From Candidatus Limnocylindria bacterium (GTDB taxonomy: Bacteria; Chloroflexota; Limnocylindria; P2-11E): DNA of 64,000 nucleotides. Position numbers and translations under genes: made by a program. The notes under the pieces were generated by a model, which saw only the letters and a list, made by a program, of their open reading frames with translations, was not told the origin of the DNA and ran no database searches. Every line of letters begins with the position of its first letter. Within the stretch, counting starts at the first letter, position 1. The DNA lies in contig JBGPKU010000004.1 of assembly GCA_041486085.1 (NCBI GenBank), positions 3,231 through 67,230 on the forward strand. The letters are read 5' to 3'. This document shows positions 53,970 to 64,000 of the stretch, piece after piece.

Positions 53970-55268
53970 ATGAGACATGCACGCATCATCGCGCTGGCGC
54001 TTTCGGTCCTCGGCCTGGTCGCCGCGGCATGCGGCGGCGGGACGCCTGTGACCGCGACGCCGACGGCATCGGCCAATGCCACGACGACGACCGTGACGAA
54101 GTCGCTGAACATCGGGTTCACCAACTCGCAGACCGGTGCGCAGCAGGTCGCGTCCACGAAGCAGACCGAGGGCATCAAGCTCTGGGTCGATCAGGTCACC
54201 AAGGCCGGCGGCATCAAGCTCAAGGACGGCACGGTCCTTATGCCGAAGATCACGTTCTACGACGACGAGTCGAAGCTCGACCGAGTTTCTGCGCTCTATA
54301 CGAAGCTCATCAACGACGACAAGGTCGACTTCCTCCTGTCGCCGTACTCGAGCGGCCTCGTGAAGGGCGCCGCAGTCGTCTCTGAGCAGAACGGCAAGGT
54401 CATGGTGACCGCCGGCGGCGCCGACGACGCCACCATGGAGCAGGGCTTCCAGAACATCTACCAGGTCTACACGCCGGCCTCGAAGTACCTCACCGGCGCG
54501 ATCGACCTCATGCTCAAGCTCGACCCGACCATCAAGAAGGTCGCGATCGTGAATGAGAAGGACTCGTTCTCGACCTCCGTCGTCGTGGCCGCGAAGCCAT
54601 ACGCCGAGAGCAAGGGCCTCACGGTGGTCGTGAACCAGGGCTACGACACCGGCACGACCGACTTCGGTCCGTTCATCAACCAGATCATCGCGCAGGCTCC
54701 CGACGCCATCATCGGCGGGGGCCACCTTGTCGATGGCACGACCCTCGCGAAGCAGCTCTACGAGAAGAAGGTCGGCGCGCGGTTCATCGCGCTCCTCGTC
54801 GCTCCGCCCGAGCCGACGTTCGCCGACATCGGCGATTCCGCGCAGTTCATCGTCGGCCCCTCGCAATGGGAGCCGCTCGTGAAGTACGGCGAGGCCGGCG
54901 CCAAGGCGCTGAACATCCCCTTCTACGGCATCGCTGTCGACGCGTTCACCACCGCCTACAAGGCGATGTTCAACGCGCCGCCGTCCTACCACTCCGCCGG
55001 CGGCTACGCCGCCGGCCTCGTGCTCCAGAAGGCGCTCGAGGACGCGGGCTCGACCGATCCCGCCAAGGTCAAGGCCGCGATGGACAAGACCGACCTCATG
55101 ACGTTCTTCGGGCACATCAAGTTCTCGACCGACGCGAAGACGCATGGCAAGCAGACCGCGCACGACATGGTGTACGTGCAGTGGCTGAAGGGCTCCGATG
55201 GCAAGCTCGCGACGCAGATCGTCTGGCCTGCCGAGGCCAAGTCAGCAGACGCGCAGCTGCGCAAGTAA
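53970..55268 (+). CDS. Branched-chain amino acid ABC transporter substrate-binding lipoprotein (LivJ/LivK-like)
   Basis: Lipobox LVAAAC; type 1 PBP (Leu/Ile/Val-binding) pattern. Confidence 0.85.
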   Translation: MRHARIIALALSVLGLVAAACGGGTPVTATPTASANATTTTVTKSLNIGFTNSQTGAQQVASTKQTEGIKLWVDQVTKAGGIKLKDGTVLMPKITFYDDESKLDRVSALYTKLINDDKVDFLLSPYSSGLVKGAAVVSEQNGKVMVTAGGADDATMEQGFQNIYQVYTPASKYLTGAIDLMLKLDPTIKKVAIVNEKDSFSTSVVVAAKPYAESKGLTVVVNQGYDTGTTDFGPFINQIIAQAPDAIIGGGHLVDGTTLAKQLYEKKVGARFIALLVAPPEPTFADIGDSAQFIVGPSQWEPLVKYGEAGAKALNIPFYGIAVDAFTTAYKAMFNAPPSYHSAGGYAAGLVLQKALEDAGSTDPAKVKAAMDKTDLMTFFGHIKFSTDAKTHGKQTAHDMVYVQWLKGSDGKLATQIVWPAEAKSADAQLRK

Positions 55269-55301
55269 CCAAGCCAACTGAATAGGTAGCACGAGCCGGG
55301 C

Positions 55302-56165
55302 ATGAGCCTCGACGCGCTTATCCCGTCGGCGATCGACGGTCTCATGCTCGGCTTCGTCTACGGACTCGCCGCGATGGGCCTGACCCTCATCTTCGGCGTG
55401 ATGCGAGTGATAAACCTCGCGCACGGTCCGGTCATCGCGCTCGGCATGTACGTCGTGTACCTGCTGTTCACCGTCCTCGGCGTGAACCCCTACATCGGGA
55501 TCGTCGCGGCACTCTTCGTCGGCCTGGCCTTCGGCGTGGCGATGTATTTCATCGCGGTCGACCGCGTCATCAACCAGCCCGAGCTCACCACGCTGCTCGC
55601 GACCTACTCGGTGAATCTGATGGTCATCGGCATCGCGACGTCGGCCTTCACGACGACCCCCCGCGCCGTGGACATCTCGCTTGGCTCGGTGAGCCTCGGC
55701 AACGTGACGATCCTCGGGACGCACGCGGTGGCAGTGGTGGTCGCGATCGTCGTCGCCGCGGCGCTGTATTTCTTCCTGTTCCGGACGCGCACTGGCAAGT
55801 CGATCCGCGCGGTGTCGAATAACCGCGCCGCCGCGGAGCTCATGGGCATCGACTCGCGCCGCATGCTCGCGCTCTCGTTCGGCATCGGCACCGCGCTGGC
55901 GATGGTGAGCGGTGGCCTCCTGTCGACGCTCTTCTCGTTCACGCCGCTCTCCGGCAGTGGCCATGAGGTGAAGAGCTTCGTGATCGTGGTGCTCGGCGGC
56001 CTGGGCAACCCCACCGGAGCGCTCGTCGGCGGCATCGTGCTTGGGCTCCTCGAGGGAATCTCGACGGTCTTCATCCCGGTCTCATGGGTGCCGGTGCTGG
56101 AGTACGTGATCTTCATCCTCATCCTGCTGCTGCGTCCCTCCGGTCTGCTTGGGTCGCGCGTATGA
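55302..56165 (+). CDS. livH: Branched-chain amino acid ABC transporter permease (LivH-like)
   Basis: 8 TM helices; permease pattern of the HAAT family. Confidence 0.8.
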   Translation: MSLDALIPSAIDGLMLGFVYGLAAMGLTLIFGVMRVINLAHGPVIALGMYVVYLLFTVLGVNPYIGIVAALFVGLAFGVAMYFIAVDRVINQPELTTLLATYSVNLMVIGIATSAFTTTPRAVDISLGSVSLGNVTILGTHAVAVVVAIVVAAALYFFLFRTRTGKSIRAVSNNRAAAELMGIDSRRMLALSFGIGTALAMVSGGLLSTLFSFTPLSGSGHEVKSFVIVVLGGLGNPTGALVGGIVLGLLEGISTVFIPVSWVPVLEYVIFILILLLRPSGLLGSRV

Positions 56166-56186
56166 GGGCGCCATGAGGCAGCGCAC

Positions 56187-57155
56187 GTGAGGCGGTACCG
56201 ATTGCCATTTCTGCCGCTCATCGTCGTGGTGATCGGAGTGCTCGCCGCGATCCCCATCCTCACGGGCAATCCGTCGATGCGCGAGGAGCTGTTCCTCGTC
56301 TTCATGCTCGTCACGCTCGCTTCGAGCATCAACATCATCATGGGCTACACCGGCTATGTGTCCTTCGGACACATCGTGTTCTTCGGCCTGGGCGGCTACT
56401 TCGCCTTCTACCTCATGCAGATCCAGGGCTGGCACTTCCTCGCGGCGCTCGTGGCTGCCGCGGTGCCCTCGGCGCTCATCGCGCTGCTGATCGGCGTCCC
56501 GATCCTGCGGCTGCGCGGCGCGTACTTCGCGCTCGCGACGGTCGGCATCAACGAGGCCACCAAGACCGCGATCAACAACTTCGAGCCGTTTGGCGGCGCG
56601 GTCGGGATGTTCTTCAACTTCTCGATCTACGCGCAGTACGGCGGCGCGAAGGCGGCGGGCGAGCTCGCGTACTACGTCATGACGATCATCGCCATCTCCA
56701 CAATCGCGGCGTCGTACGCGATCAAGCGCTCGAAGTTCGGGCTCGCGCTCATGGCCATCCGCGAGGATCAGGACGTGGCGATGGTCGTCGGGGTCGACCC
56801 TGCGCGCGCGAAGGTCATGGCGTACGTCATCTCCGCGGCGTTCCCGGCCATGGCCGGCGCGGCGTTCTTCTTCAAGAACGGCATCATCGAGCCGGGCATC
56901 GCGTTCGATCTGTTCCGCTCGATCGAATCGCTGGTCATGGTGGTGCTCGGGGGCATCGGCACGGTCGCCGGTCCCATCGTCGGCGCCGCCGCGTACGAAT
57001 GGCTGCGCGGCTTCCTCATCACCAACCCGACGCTCGCGAACTTCCAGCTCTTCCTCGCCGGACTGCTGCTCCTCATCGTGGTGCTCTTCGTCAGCGCGGG
57101 CCTCGTGGGCTGGCTGCGCGACCGCTTCCCCATCCTGCGGAGCTATATCCCGTGA
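56187..57155 (+). CDS. livM: Branched-chain amino acid ABC transporter permease (LivM-like)
   Basis: Second HAAT permease. Confidence 0.8.
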   Translation: MRRYRLPFLPLIVVVIGVLAAIPILTGNPSMREELFLVFMLVTLASSINIIMGYTGYVSFGHIVFFGLGGYFAFYLMQIQGWHFLAALVAAAVPSALIALLIGVPILRLRGAYFALATVGINEATKTAINNFEPFGGAVGMFFNFSIYAQYGGAKAAGELAYYVMTIIAISTIAASYAIKRSKFGLALMAIREDQDVAMVVGVDPARAKVMAYVISAAFPAMAGAAFFFKNGIIEPGIAFDLFRSIESLVMVVLGGIGTVAGPIVGAAAYEWLRGFLITNPTLANFQLFLAGLLLLIVVLFVSAGLVGWLRDRFPILRSYIP

Positions 57156-57177
57156 CGAGAACGGCGGACCCCATCCC

Positions 57178-57933
57178 ATGAGCGCTCTCCTTCAGGTCCA
57201 GCAGTGCACCGTCCGCTTCGGCGGGCTCGTGGCGTGCGACAGCGCGACTTTCGACGTCGAGGCTGGCGCCATCCTCGGCCTGATCGGACCGAATGGCGCC
57301 GGCAAGACGACGCTGTTCAACGCGATCAACGGGGTCTACCGCAAACATCAGGGAAAGATCGTCTTCGACGGTGAAGTCATCAGCGGCATGCATCCGTTCC
57401 AGATCGCCAGACGCGGCATCGCGCGAGCGCATCAGGTCGTGCGGCCGCTCAACGACCTCTCGGTCATCGCGAACGTTACGGTGGGCGCGTGCTTCGGCCG
57501 CGAGAACCTGGGCCTCGCTGCCGCCACCAAGGTCGCACGCGAGACGCTCGCTTCGCTCGGCCTCGCGGACAGGGCGGAGGTGCTCGCCGGCAAGCTGAAC
57601 GTCGCGCAGAAGAAGCGGCTCGAGCTCGCCCGCGCCCTCGCGGCTCGCCCGAAGCTGCTGCTCGCCGACGAAGTGCTCGCGGGCCTGAACCCCCAGGAGG
57701 TCACTGAGATGCTCGGGACCTTCCGCGCGATCAAACAGCAGGGCGTGACGGTCGTCATGATCGAGCACCTCATGCACGCGGTCATGAACGTGTGCGATCG
57801 CGTCGTCGTGCTCGACTACGGGAAGAAGATCGCCGAGGGCTCGCCGGCCGAGGTCCAAGCCGATCCGAAGGTCATCGAGGCGTACCTCGGCGATCCAAAG
57901 ATCGCCGAGCGCTTCATGCGGGAGAGCACATGA
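57178..57933 (+). CDS. livG: Branched-chain amino acid ABC transporter ATP-binding protein (LivG-like)
   Basis: Walker A GPNGAGKTT, signature, Walker B LLADEV. Confidence 0.9.
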   Translation: MSALLQVQQCTVRFGGLVACDSATFDVEAGAILGLIGPNGAGKTTLFNAINGVYRKHQGKIVFDGEVISGMHPFQIARRGIARAHQVVRPLNDLSVIANVTVGACFGRENLGLAAATKVARETLASLGLADRAEVLAGKLNVAQKKRLELARALAARPKLLLADEVLAGLNPQEVTEMLGTFRAIKQQGVTVVMIEHLMHAVMNVCDRVVVLDYGKKIAEGSPAEVQADPKVIEAYLGDPKIAERFMREST

Positions 57934-58640
57934 GCACGCTGGCCGTCGAGAACATCGAGTCCGGATACGGCGCCGTCCAGATCCTCTGGGGCGCCTCCCT
58001 TCAGCTGCGCGAGGGCAAGCTCACGGCGCTCGTGGGCAGCAACGGCGCCGGCAAGACGACGCTGCTGCGCGCGGTCACGGGACTGCTGCCCGCGTGGACC
58101 GGCGTGGTGACGATGGACGATCGGGTCATCACGAAGCTCTCGCCGCATGCCAAGGCCGACCTCGGTCTCGTCCTCGTGCCCGAGGGCCGGCAGCTGTTCG
58201 CCACGATGAGCATCGTCGAGAACCTCGAGATGGGCGCGACGGTCAGCCGCGCGCGCGCCGAGATGGCTCGCTCATTCGATCAGGTCTTCACGCTCTTCCC
58301 GCGCCTGGCGGAGCGGCGCACGCAGCTGGCGGGCACGCTATCCGGCGGCGAGCAGCAGATGCTGGCCATCGCGCGCGGGCTCATGGCCAAGCCGAAGATC
58401 CTCATGTTCGACGAGCCGAGCCTCGGCCTCTCGCCGCTCTTCGTGATGAACCTCTTCGAGATCATCCGCACGCTGAAGAAGGAGGGCATGACGATGCTCC
58501 TCGTCGAGCAGAACGTGCAGATGAGCCTCGCGGTCTCGGACTTCGCGTACGTGTTGAATCACGGCAAGGTCGAGATCGAGGGTGAGGCGCGCGCCGTTCG
58601 CGAGATGCCGGAGGTCCGGAAGGCCTACCTGGGCCTGTAG
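57930..58640 (+). CDS. livF: Branched-chain amino acid ABC transporter ATP-binding protein (LivF-like)
   Basis: ATGA overlap; GSNGAGKTT, LSGGEQQML, MFDEPS. Confidence 0.9.
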   Translation: MSTLAVENIESGYGAVQILWGASLQLREGKLTALVGSNGAGKTTLLRAVTGLLPAWTGVVTMDDRVITKLSPHAKADLGLVLVPEGRQLFATMSIVENLEMGATVSRARAEMARSFDQVFTLFPRLAERRTQLAGTLSGGEQQMLAIARGLMAKPKILMFDEPSLGLSPLFVMNLFEIIRTLKKEGMTMLLVEQNVQMSLAVSDFAYVLNHGKVEIEGEARAVREMPEVRKAYLGL

Positions 58641-58648
58641 TTCGCGCC

Positions 58649-59143
58649 TCAGCGCTTCGCGGTGATGACCCCGGTATTGAAGCCCAACCAGTGCATGCGT
58701 CCCAGGTGTCGCGCGTGCTCGACCTTCATGCAGCGGTCCATCACGACCTTGAGGCCGCCGGCCTCGGCGATCTCGCCGCCCTCGATGCTGATCACGCCGT
58801 ACTGACACCAGAGCGCGCTGGCGCCGATCTTCACCGCTTCCCGCGCGATGCCCGGGACCGCGTCAGGCGCGCGGAAGACATCGACCACGTCCACCGGGAA
58901 GGGGATCGACCCCAGGTCCGGATAGCTCTCGACTCCCAGGATCGCCTTCTCGCGCGGGTTCACCGGCACGATGCGGTAGTCGTGGCGCCGCAGGTAGAAC
59001 CCGACGAAGTGGCTCGCGCGCAGCTCGTTCGGCGAGAGCCCCACGATCGCGACGGTCTTCGAGCGCGTCAGGATCGAGAGGATCACGAAGGGATCCTGCC
59101 AGCGATCCGGGACCTGGGGCGGCGCGTGCACCGTGGTGGCCAT
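58649..59143 (-). CDS. CoA-binding domain protein (YccU/YneT-like)
   Basis: About 164 aa; VAIVGLSPN...RIVPVNP CoA-binding Rossmann motif; start overlaps the metY stop. Confidence 0.7.
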   Translation of the reverse strand: MATTVHAPPQVPDRWQDPFVILSILTRSKTVAIVGLSPNELRASHFVGFYLRRHDYRIVPVNPREKAILGVESYPDLGSIPFPVDVVDVFRAPDAVPGIAREAVKIGASALWCQYGVISIEGGEIAEAGGLKVVMDRCMKVEHARHLGRMHWLGFNTGVITAKR

Positions 59144-60459
59144 CAGGCATGCCCAGCCGGCGCGGCCGTGGATGCCGCGCGGAGCGCGGTCTCCAGATCC
59201 TCGATCAGGTCGGCCGCGGTCTCGAGACCGACGGAGAGGCGGATCGTGCCCGCGGAGATCCCGGCGGCCGAGAGCTCGTCGTCCGACAGCTGCCGATGCG
59301 TCGTCGTCGCGGGATGGATGATCAGGCTCTTCGCGTCGCCGACGTTCGCGAGATGGCTCCACAGCTTCACGCTCTCGATGAACGACCGCCCGGCCGCGCG
59401 GCCACCCGGGAGATCGAAGGAGAAGATCGCGCCCGCCCCGTTCGGCAGGTACTTCTTCGCGAGCGCGCGGTACGGGCTCGATTCGAGGCCCGCGTAGCGG
59501 ACCGCGGTGACGCCCGGCTGCTGCTCGAGCCAGCGCGCGACTTCGGTCGCGTTCTCGACGTGGCGCGCCATGCGCAGCGGAAGCGTCTCCAGTCCGAGGA
59601 GGAACAGGAACGAGTTGAACGGGCTCAAGGCCGCGCCGAGATCGCGCAGCGACTCGGCGCGCAGCTTCATCAGGTAGCCGTACACGCCGAAGGTCTCGTG
59701 GAACGCCAGGCCGTGATAGGCCGGCGACGGATCGGCGACGACCGGAAATCGCCCGTTCGACCAGTCGAAGCTCCCGGCCTCGACGGCGATGCCGCCGATG
59801 CTCGTACCGTGACCGCCGATGAACTTCGTCGCCGAGTGCGTGACGATGTCGGCGCCCCACTCGAGCGGCCGGCAGAGGTACGGCGTCGCGAAGGTGGAGT
59901 CGATCATCAATGGCGTGCCATGTTCATGAGCGATCCCGGCAACGGCCTCGATGTCCAAGACGTTGCCGCCCGGATTGCCGATCGTCTCGCCGTAGAGCAG
60001 CTTGGTGTTGGGGCGCAGCGCCGAGCGCCACTGGTCGAGATCGTCGGGATCGATGAAGGTGAGCTCGAAGCCGAGCTTGCGCTGCAGGTGCTTCAGCTGC
60101 GTGACCGATCCGCCGTACAGCGCGGCCGACGACACGACGTGGTCGCCGGGCGTCAGCATCGTGAAGAAGGCCGCCGCCTGCGCCGCAAGGCCGCTGGCGA
60201 ACGCGACACCACCCGCGGCGCGCTCGAGGTTCGCGACGCGCTCCTCGAACACCGCGGTCGTCGGATTCATGATCCGCGAGTAGGTGTTGCCGTACTCCTG
60301 CAGGTTGAAGTACGCCGCCGCGGAATCCGGATCCTCGAAGACGTAGCTCGTCGTCTGGAAGATGGGCACGGCGCGCGCGCCCGTGTACGGCTCGGGACGC
60401 TGACCCGCGTGGATCGCTCGGGTGTCGAAGCCGTAGTTCTTCGCGGGTCGTTCCCTCAT
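59143..60459 (-). CDS. metY: O-acetylhomoserine aminocarboxypropyltransferase (O-acetylhomoserine sulfhydrylase), PLP-dependent
   Basis: 438 aa Cys/Met-metabolism PLP family; [11 protein letters not shown] Lys site. Confidence 0.9.
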   Translation of the reverse strand: MRERPAKNYGFDTRAIHAGQRPEPYTGARAVPIFQTTSYVFEDPDSAAAYFNLQEYGNTYSRIMNPTTAVFEERVANLERAAGGVAFASGLAAQAAAFFTMLTPGDHVVSSAALYGGSVTQLKHLQRKLGFELTFIDPDDLDQWRSALRPNTKLLYGETIGNPGGNVLDIEAVAGIAHEHGTPLMIDSTFATPYLCRPLEWGADIVTHSATKFIGGHGTSIGGIAVEAGSFDWSNGRFPVVADPSPAYHGLAFHETFGVYGYLMKLRAESLRDLGAALSPFNSFLFLLGLETLPLRMARHVENATEVARWLEQQPGVTAVRYAGLESSPYRALAKKYLPNGAGAIFSFDLPGGRAAGRSFIESVKLWSHLANVGDAKSLIIHPATTTHRQLSDDELSAAGISAGTIRLSVGLETAADLIEDLETALRAASTAAPAGHA

Positions 60460-61634
60460 GCCAGGAATCCTCGGATGAGCTCGGTCATGCGGCCCTCCTC
60501 GAGCAGGAACGAGTCGTGTCCGTACGACGCGTCGATCACCTGGTGCGTCGCGATCTTGCCCGACGAGCGCAGCGCGCGCGCGACCTCCTCTGAATCCCGC
60601 GACGGATAGAGCCAGTCCGATGAGAACGAGATCGCGAGCGTCCGCGCTCTCACGCGCGCGAGCGCGCGTTCGAGCGAGCCGCCGCCGTAGCTGCGCGCGA
60701 GGTCGAAGTAGGTCAGCGCGCGCGAGATGTAGAGGTACGCGTTCGCGTCGAAGCGCTTCGCGAAGGCGTCCGCCTGGTAGCGCAGGTAGCTCTCCACCGC
60801 GAAGTCCGCGCCCGGCAGGGTGAAGGAGTATTCGCTCCCCTCCTGCAGGGAGCGCCCGAACTTCTCACGCATCGCCGCATCGGAGAGGTAGGTGACGTGG
60901 CCAACCATGCGCGCGATCTTGATGCCGGCATCCGGCCGCCGACCGGTGCCTTCGTAATGCCCGTTCTGCCAGTCGGGGTCGGCCATGATCGCGTTGCGCG
61001 CGATCGCGTTCCACGCGACGCCCTGCGCCCCGAGGCGAGCCGTCGCCGCGATCGGAACGATGCGCTCGATCGCGTCCGGGAACTGCACCGCCCACTCCAG
61101 CGCCTGCATCCCCCCGAGGGAACCGCCGCTCGCCACGAACACGCGGTCGATGCCGAGCCCGCGCAGGAAGGCGCGCTCCGCTCGGACCATGTCGCCGACC
61201 GTGACCACCGGGAAGTCGGACCCGTAGACGCGACCGGTCCGCGCGTCGATCGAGGCCGGCCCGGTCGATCCGCGGCAGCTGCCGATGAGGTTCGTACAGA
61301 CGACGAAGAAGCGATCGGTATCGAAGGCCTTGCCCGAGCCGATCATCCCGTCCCACCATCCAAGCCCGCCGCGGCCGCGCTCGGCCGCGCCCATCCCGTC
61401 GACCGTGGTCGGCGCGTCCGGATCGTCGCTCCAGCCCGCGGCGTGCGCGTCGCCCGAGAGCGCGTGGCACACCAGGACGACGTTGTCCTTCGCCGGCGCG
61501 AGCTCGCCGTACGTCTCGTACGCGATGCGCACGGGAGAGAGCTCCGCGCCTGAGTCGAGCCGAAGGGGCTCGGGGAGGTCGAGATACCGCGTGTGGACCG
61601 TCCCCACGCTCCCCCGCCCGCTGGTGATGGTCAC
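60456..61634 (-). CDS. metX: Homoserine O-acetyltransferase
   Basis: a/b-hydrolase with GGSLGGMQ nucleophile motif; GTG start at VTITSG after trimming the listed ORF. Confidence 0.85.
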   Translation of the reverse strand: MTITSGRGSVGTVHTRYLDLPEPLRLDSGAELSPVRIAYETYGELAPAKDNVVLVCHALSGDAHAAGWSDDPDAPTTVDGMGAAERGRGGLGWWDGMIGSGKAFDTDRFFVVCTNLIGSCRGSTGPASIDARTGRVYGSDFPVVTVGDMVRAERAFLRGLGIDRVFVASGGSLGGMQALEWAVQFPDAIERIVPIAATARLGAQGVAWNAIARNAIMADPDWQNGHYEGTGRRPDAGIKIARMVGHVTYLSDAAMREKFGRSLQEGSEYSFTLPGADFAVESYLRYQADAFAKRFDANAYLYISRALTYFDLARSYGGGSLERALARVRARTLAISFSSDWLYPSRDSEEVARALRSSGKIATHQVIDASYGHDSFLLEEGRMTELIRGFLA

Positions 61635-61680
61635 CCACAAAAGGCTAGCGCCCTCAGAATCAGGCTGTGCAGCTTGACGC

Positions 61681-63105
61681 GTGCAGTGGATCGAGGCCGT
61701 GAACGTGCCGAGGACTCCGACCGAGCAGCTCGCGGACTTCTGCGCGAGCCTGCGGTGGCCCGCGATCCCACCTGAGGCCCGCGAGCGCACGAAGGAGCTC
61801 GTGCTCGACCACGTCGGCGTCGGCATCCGCGGGAGCAACACCGACTCCGCACGCGCCGTCCACCGGTACGTGCAACGGAGATCGCGCGGCGGTGGCGCAT
61901 CGTTCTTCGGGACGAACGATCGGGCGGAGGCGCCCTGGGCGGCGCTGGCAAATGGTGTCTCGGCGCACAGCATCGAGATGGACGACGTCACGACGGAGTC
62001 CTCGCTCCATCCGGGCGTCGCCGTCATCCCTGCGGCGCTCGCGCTGGCAGAGGAGCGTCGCGCGGCCCCGATCGCGTTCCTCGAGGCGGTCGTCGCGGGA
62101 TACGAGGTCACGATGCGCATCGGCAACGCGCTCGGCGGCGCGAACGCCTATGGCCGCGGCTTCCACCCGACCGGTGTCGCCGGAACGTTCGGCGCGGCCG
62201 TCGCGGGCGCTCATCTGCTCGGCCTCGATGCCGGCGGGATCGTGAACGCGATGGGCATCGCCGGAACGATGGCCTCGGGCTCGCTCGAGTACCTCGCGGA
62301 CGGTTCGTGGACGAAGCGGCTCAACCCCGGATGGGCGGCGCACGCCGGCATCATCGCCGCGGAGCTCGCCGCCGAAGGATTCACCGGGCCCGCGAGCGCG
62401 ATCGAAGGAAAGCACGGCGCGCTGCACTCTTTTTCGGATAGCGCAAGGCCGAAGCGTCTCCTCGCCGACCTCGGCGCGCCGCTGCAGGTGTTGCGCGTCT
62501 CGATCAAGCCGTACGCGTGCTGCCGCTACAACCACGGCCTCATCGACGCGGTGCTGCAGCTGCGGAAAGACCACTCACTCACGCCGGAAGCCGTAGATCG
62601 TATGGAGCTGCACGTGCTGAGCGCGGGCGCGGCGCTGGTGGCCGATCCGATCGAGCGCAAGCGCGATCCGCGCAACGTCGTGGACGCGCAGTTCAGCGCG
62701 CCGTATGCCGCCGCGGTCGCGCTCGTGCGCGGTGCGGCCGGCCTGCGCGAGTTCGACCCGGCGACGATCGCCGACCCGACCGTACGCGCGCTCATGGCGC
62801 GGATCGACTGCGTACGCGATCCGAGCCTGGATGCGAAGTTCCCGCTGGCCTGGCCCGCCGCGGTCACCGTGCGGCTGCGCGACGGCCGCACGTTCGAGGC
62901 GCACATCGCGCACGCTCTCGGCGAGCCGGAGAATCCCGTCCCGCGCGCGGCGCTGCTCGAGCGATTCGTCGAGCTCACCGCTCCATGGATCGACGCGAAC
63001 TCCGCGCGAGCCCTTGCCACCAGGCTCCTGTCGCTGGACACGGCCAACGATCTCGCGGCCGCGCTGAGCAGCCATTCGCGGACGCCGAGCGCGATCGAGC
63101 GTTGA
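61681..63105 (+). CDS. MmgE/PrpD-family protein (2-methylcitrate dehydratase family)
   Basis: 474 aa; PrpD N- and C-domain pattern; divergent from metX. Confidence 0.85.
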   Translation: MQWIEAVNVPRTPTEQLADFCASLRWPAIPPEARERTKELVLDHVGVGIRGSNTDSARAVHRYVQRRSRGGGASFFGTNDRAEAPWAALANGVSAHSIEMDDVTTESSLHPGVAVIPAALALAEERRAAPIAFLEAVVAGYEVTMRIGNALGGANAYGRGFHPTGVAGTFGAAVAGAHLLGLDAGGIVNAMGIAGTMASGSLEYLADGSWTKRLNPGWAAHAGIIAAELAAEGFTGPASAIEGKHGALHSFSDSARPKRLLADLGAPLQVLRVSIKPYACCRYNHGLIDAVLQLRKDHSLTPEAVDRMELHVLSAGAALVADPIERKRDPRNVVDAQFSAPYAAAVALVRGAAGLREFDPATIADPTVRALMARIDCVRDPSLDAKFPLAWPAAVTVRLRDGRTFEAHIAHALGEPENPVPRAALLERFVELTAPWIDANSARALATRLLSLDTANDLAAALSSHSRTPSAIER

Positions 63106-64000
63106 GGCTCGACGCGTTCATCACCGCGCTCGGCATCGAGCAGGCCGGCCAATATGGACGTGTTTGCGAGCAACGCGGATACCACGGACTGTGGGTGACC
63201 GAGACCCAGGTGGATCCGCTGCTCCCGCTCGCGGTCGCCGCAACGACGACGAGCGCGCTGCGCCTGGGCACCGGCATCACCGTCGCGCTCGCGCGCAGCC
63301 CGATGGTCACCGCGATGGACGCCTGGGCGATCCAGAAGGCCAGCGGCGGGCGCTTCGACCTGGGTCTTGGGACGCAGGTGAAGGCGCACATCGAGCGGCG
63401 CTTCTCGATGACCTTCGACCAGCCCGCGAAACGGATACGGGAGTACGTCGCGGCGGTCCGTCACATCTGGGGCGCGTTCCAGCACGAGCACCGGCTTGCG
63501 TTCAAGGGCGACTTCTACCGTTTCGACCTCATGAGCCCGTTCTTCGATCCCGGCCCGATCGAGCATCCGCGGATCCCGATCTATCTCGCGGCGGTGAACG
63601 AGCGGATGTTCAAAGTGGCCGGAGAGATCGCCGATGGGATCGAGGCGCATCCCTTCTCGACGCCTGCCTATCTGCGCGACATCGGCCTTCCGGCTGTCGC
63701 GGCCGGGCTTGCGCGGGCGCAGCGTGAGCGCGCCGCGATCACGATCGCCTGCCCGGTATTCACGCTCGTCGAGACGTCGCCGACCTACACCGCCGACGCG
63801 GCCTACGTCCGTCAGCAGCTGGCGTTCTACGCGTCGACGCCGACATACCGCGCGGTGCTCGACCATCACGGCTGGGGTGCGATCGGCGAGGAGCTGTCGA
63901 TCCTCGCGCGCGGCGGACGATTCGACGAGCTTCCGCGCCTGGTGACGGAGCCGATGATCGACGCGTTCGTGACGCGCGCGCGAACGTACGAGGAGCTGGG
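63102..64000 (+). CDS. LLM-class F420/flavin-dependent oxidoreductase, partial (continues past window end)
   Basis: TTG start overlapping the PrpD stop; translation LRLDAFITALGIEQAGQYG...WVTETQ...LGTGITVALARSPMVTAMDAWAIQKASGGRFDLGLG is typical of luciferase-like proteins; not in the ORF track because it runs off the window. Confidence 0.65.
   Translation, partial: MRLDAFITALGIEQAGQYGRVCEQRGYHGLWVTETQVDPLLPLAVAATTTSALRLGTGITVALARSPMVTAMDAWAIQKASGGRFDLGLGTQVKAHIERRFSMTFDQPAKRIREYVAAVRHIWGAFQHEHRLAFKGDFYRFDLMSPFFDPGPIEHPRIPIYLAAVNERMFKVAGEIADGIEAHPFSTPAYLRDIGLPAVAAGLARAQRERAAITIACPVFTLVETSPTYTADAAYVRQQLAFYASTPTYRAVLDHHGWGAIGEELSILARGGRFDELPRLVTEPMIDAFVTRARTYEEL

Noticed and set aside
61635-61680. 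A GCGUCAAGC string upstream of metX resembling part of the SAM-IV riboswitch found before actinobacterial metX.
   Set aside because: The divergent intergenic space is only about 46 nt, too short for the 110-nt or longer aptamer, and no P1/P3 pairing is evident.
1-64000. Search for CRISPR arrays, tandem repeats, tRNA/rRNA genes, integrases or transposases.
   Set aside because: By eye there are no direct-repeat arrays and no cloverleaf-sized gene-free gaps; all gaps over 150 nt are promoter or terminator regions. The region appears to be core or accessory chromosome rather than a mobile island.

Overview
High-GC (about 70%) bacterial chromosomal segment, densely coding and dominated by redox metabolism; no rRNA, tRNA, CRISPR or IS elements were recognised. 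Deazaflavin (F420)-type enzymes (two Ddn-like reductases, two luciferase-like oxidoreductases) suggest Actinomycetota or Chloroflexota. Main content: three paralogous xanthine-dehydrogenase-family (CoxSLM-like) molybdoenzyme clusters with MocA-like cytidylyltransferase and XdhC maturation genes; a Tat-exported 4x[4Fe-4S] ferredoxin plus cytochrome b plus TolB-like operon with no catalytic subunit; an ECF42-type (TPR-extended) sigma factor with DGPF/YciI-like neighbours and a MoaD-like gene; an ECF sigma gene overlapping ogt; a PadR-linked ABC-2 exporter; a LeuA-like synthase next to a permuted fused LeuD-LeuC hydratase, an orphan E1-alpha and Hbd; a Liv branched-chain amino-acid ABC transporter; a metX-metY operon; a PrpD/MmgE gene. 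The most notable observation is two probable selenoproteins. Each has an in-frame TGA that creates a UxxC redox motif, followed at the same spacing by a 7-bp stem / 5-nt loop SECIS-like hairpin. One is a TlpA/ResA-like lipoprotein co-operonic with CcdA. The other is a Tat lipoprotein with a PCYCGC motif next to a membrane cytochrome c. Start coordinates that I shifted away from the ORF track are approximate.
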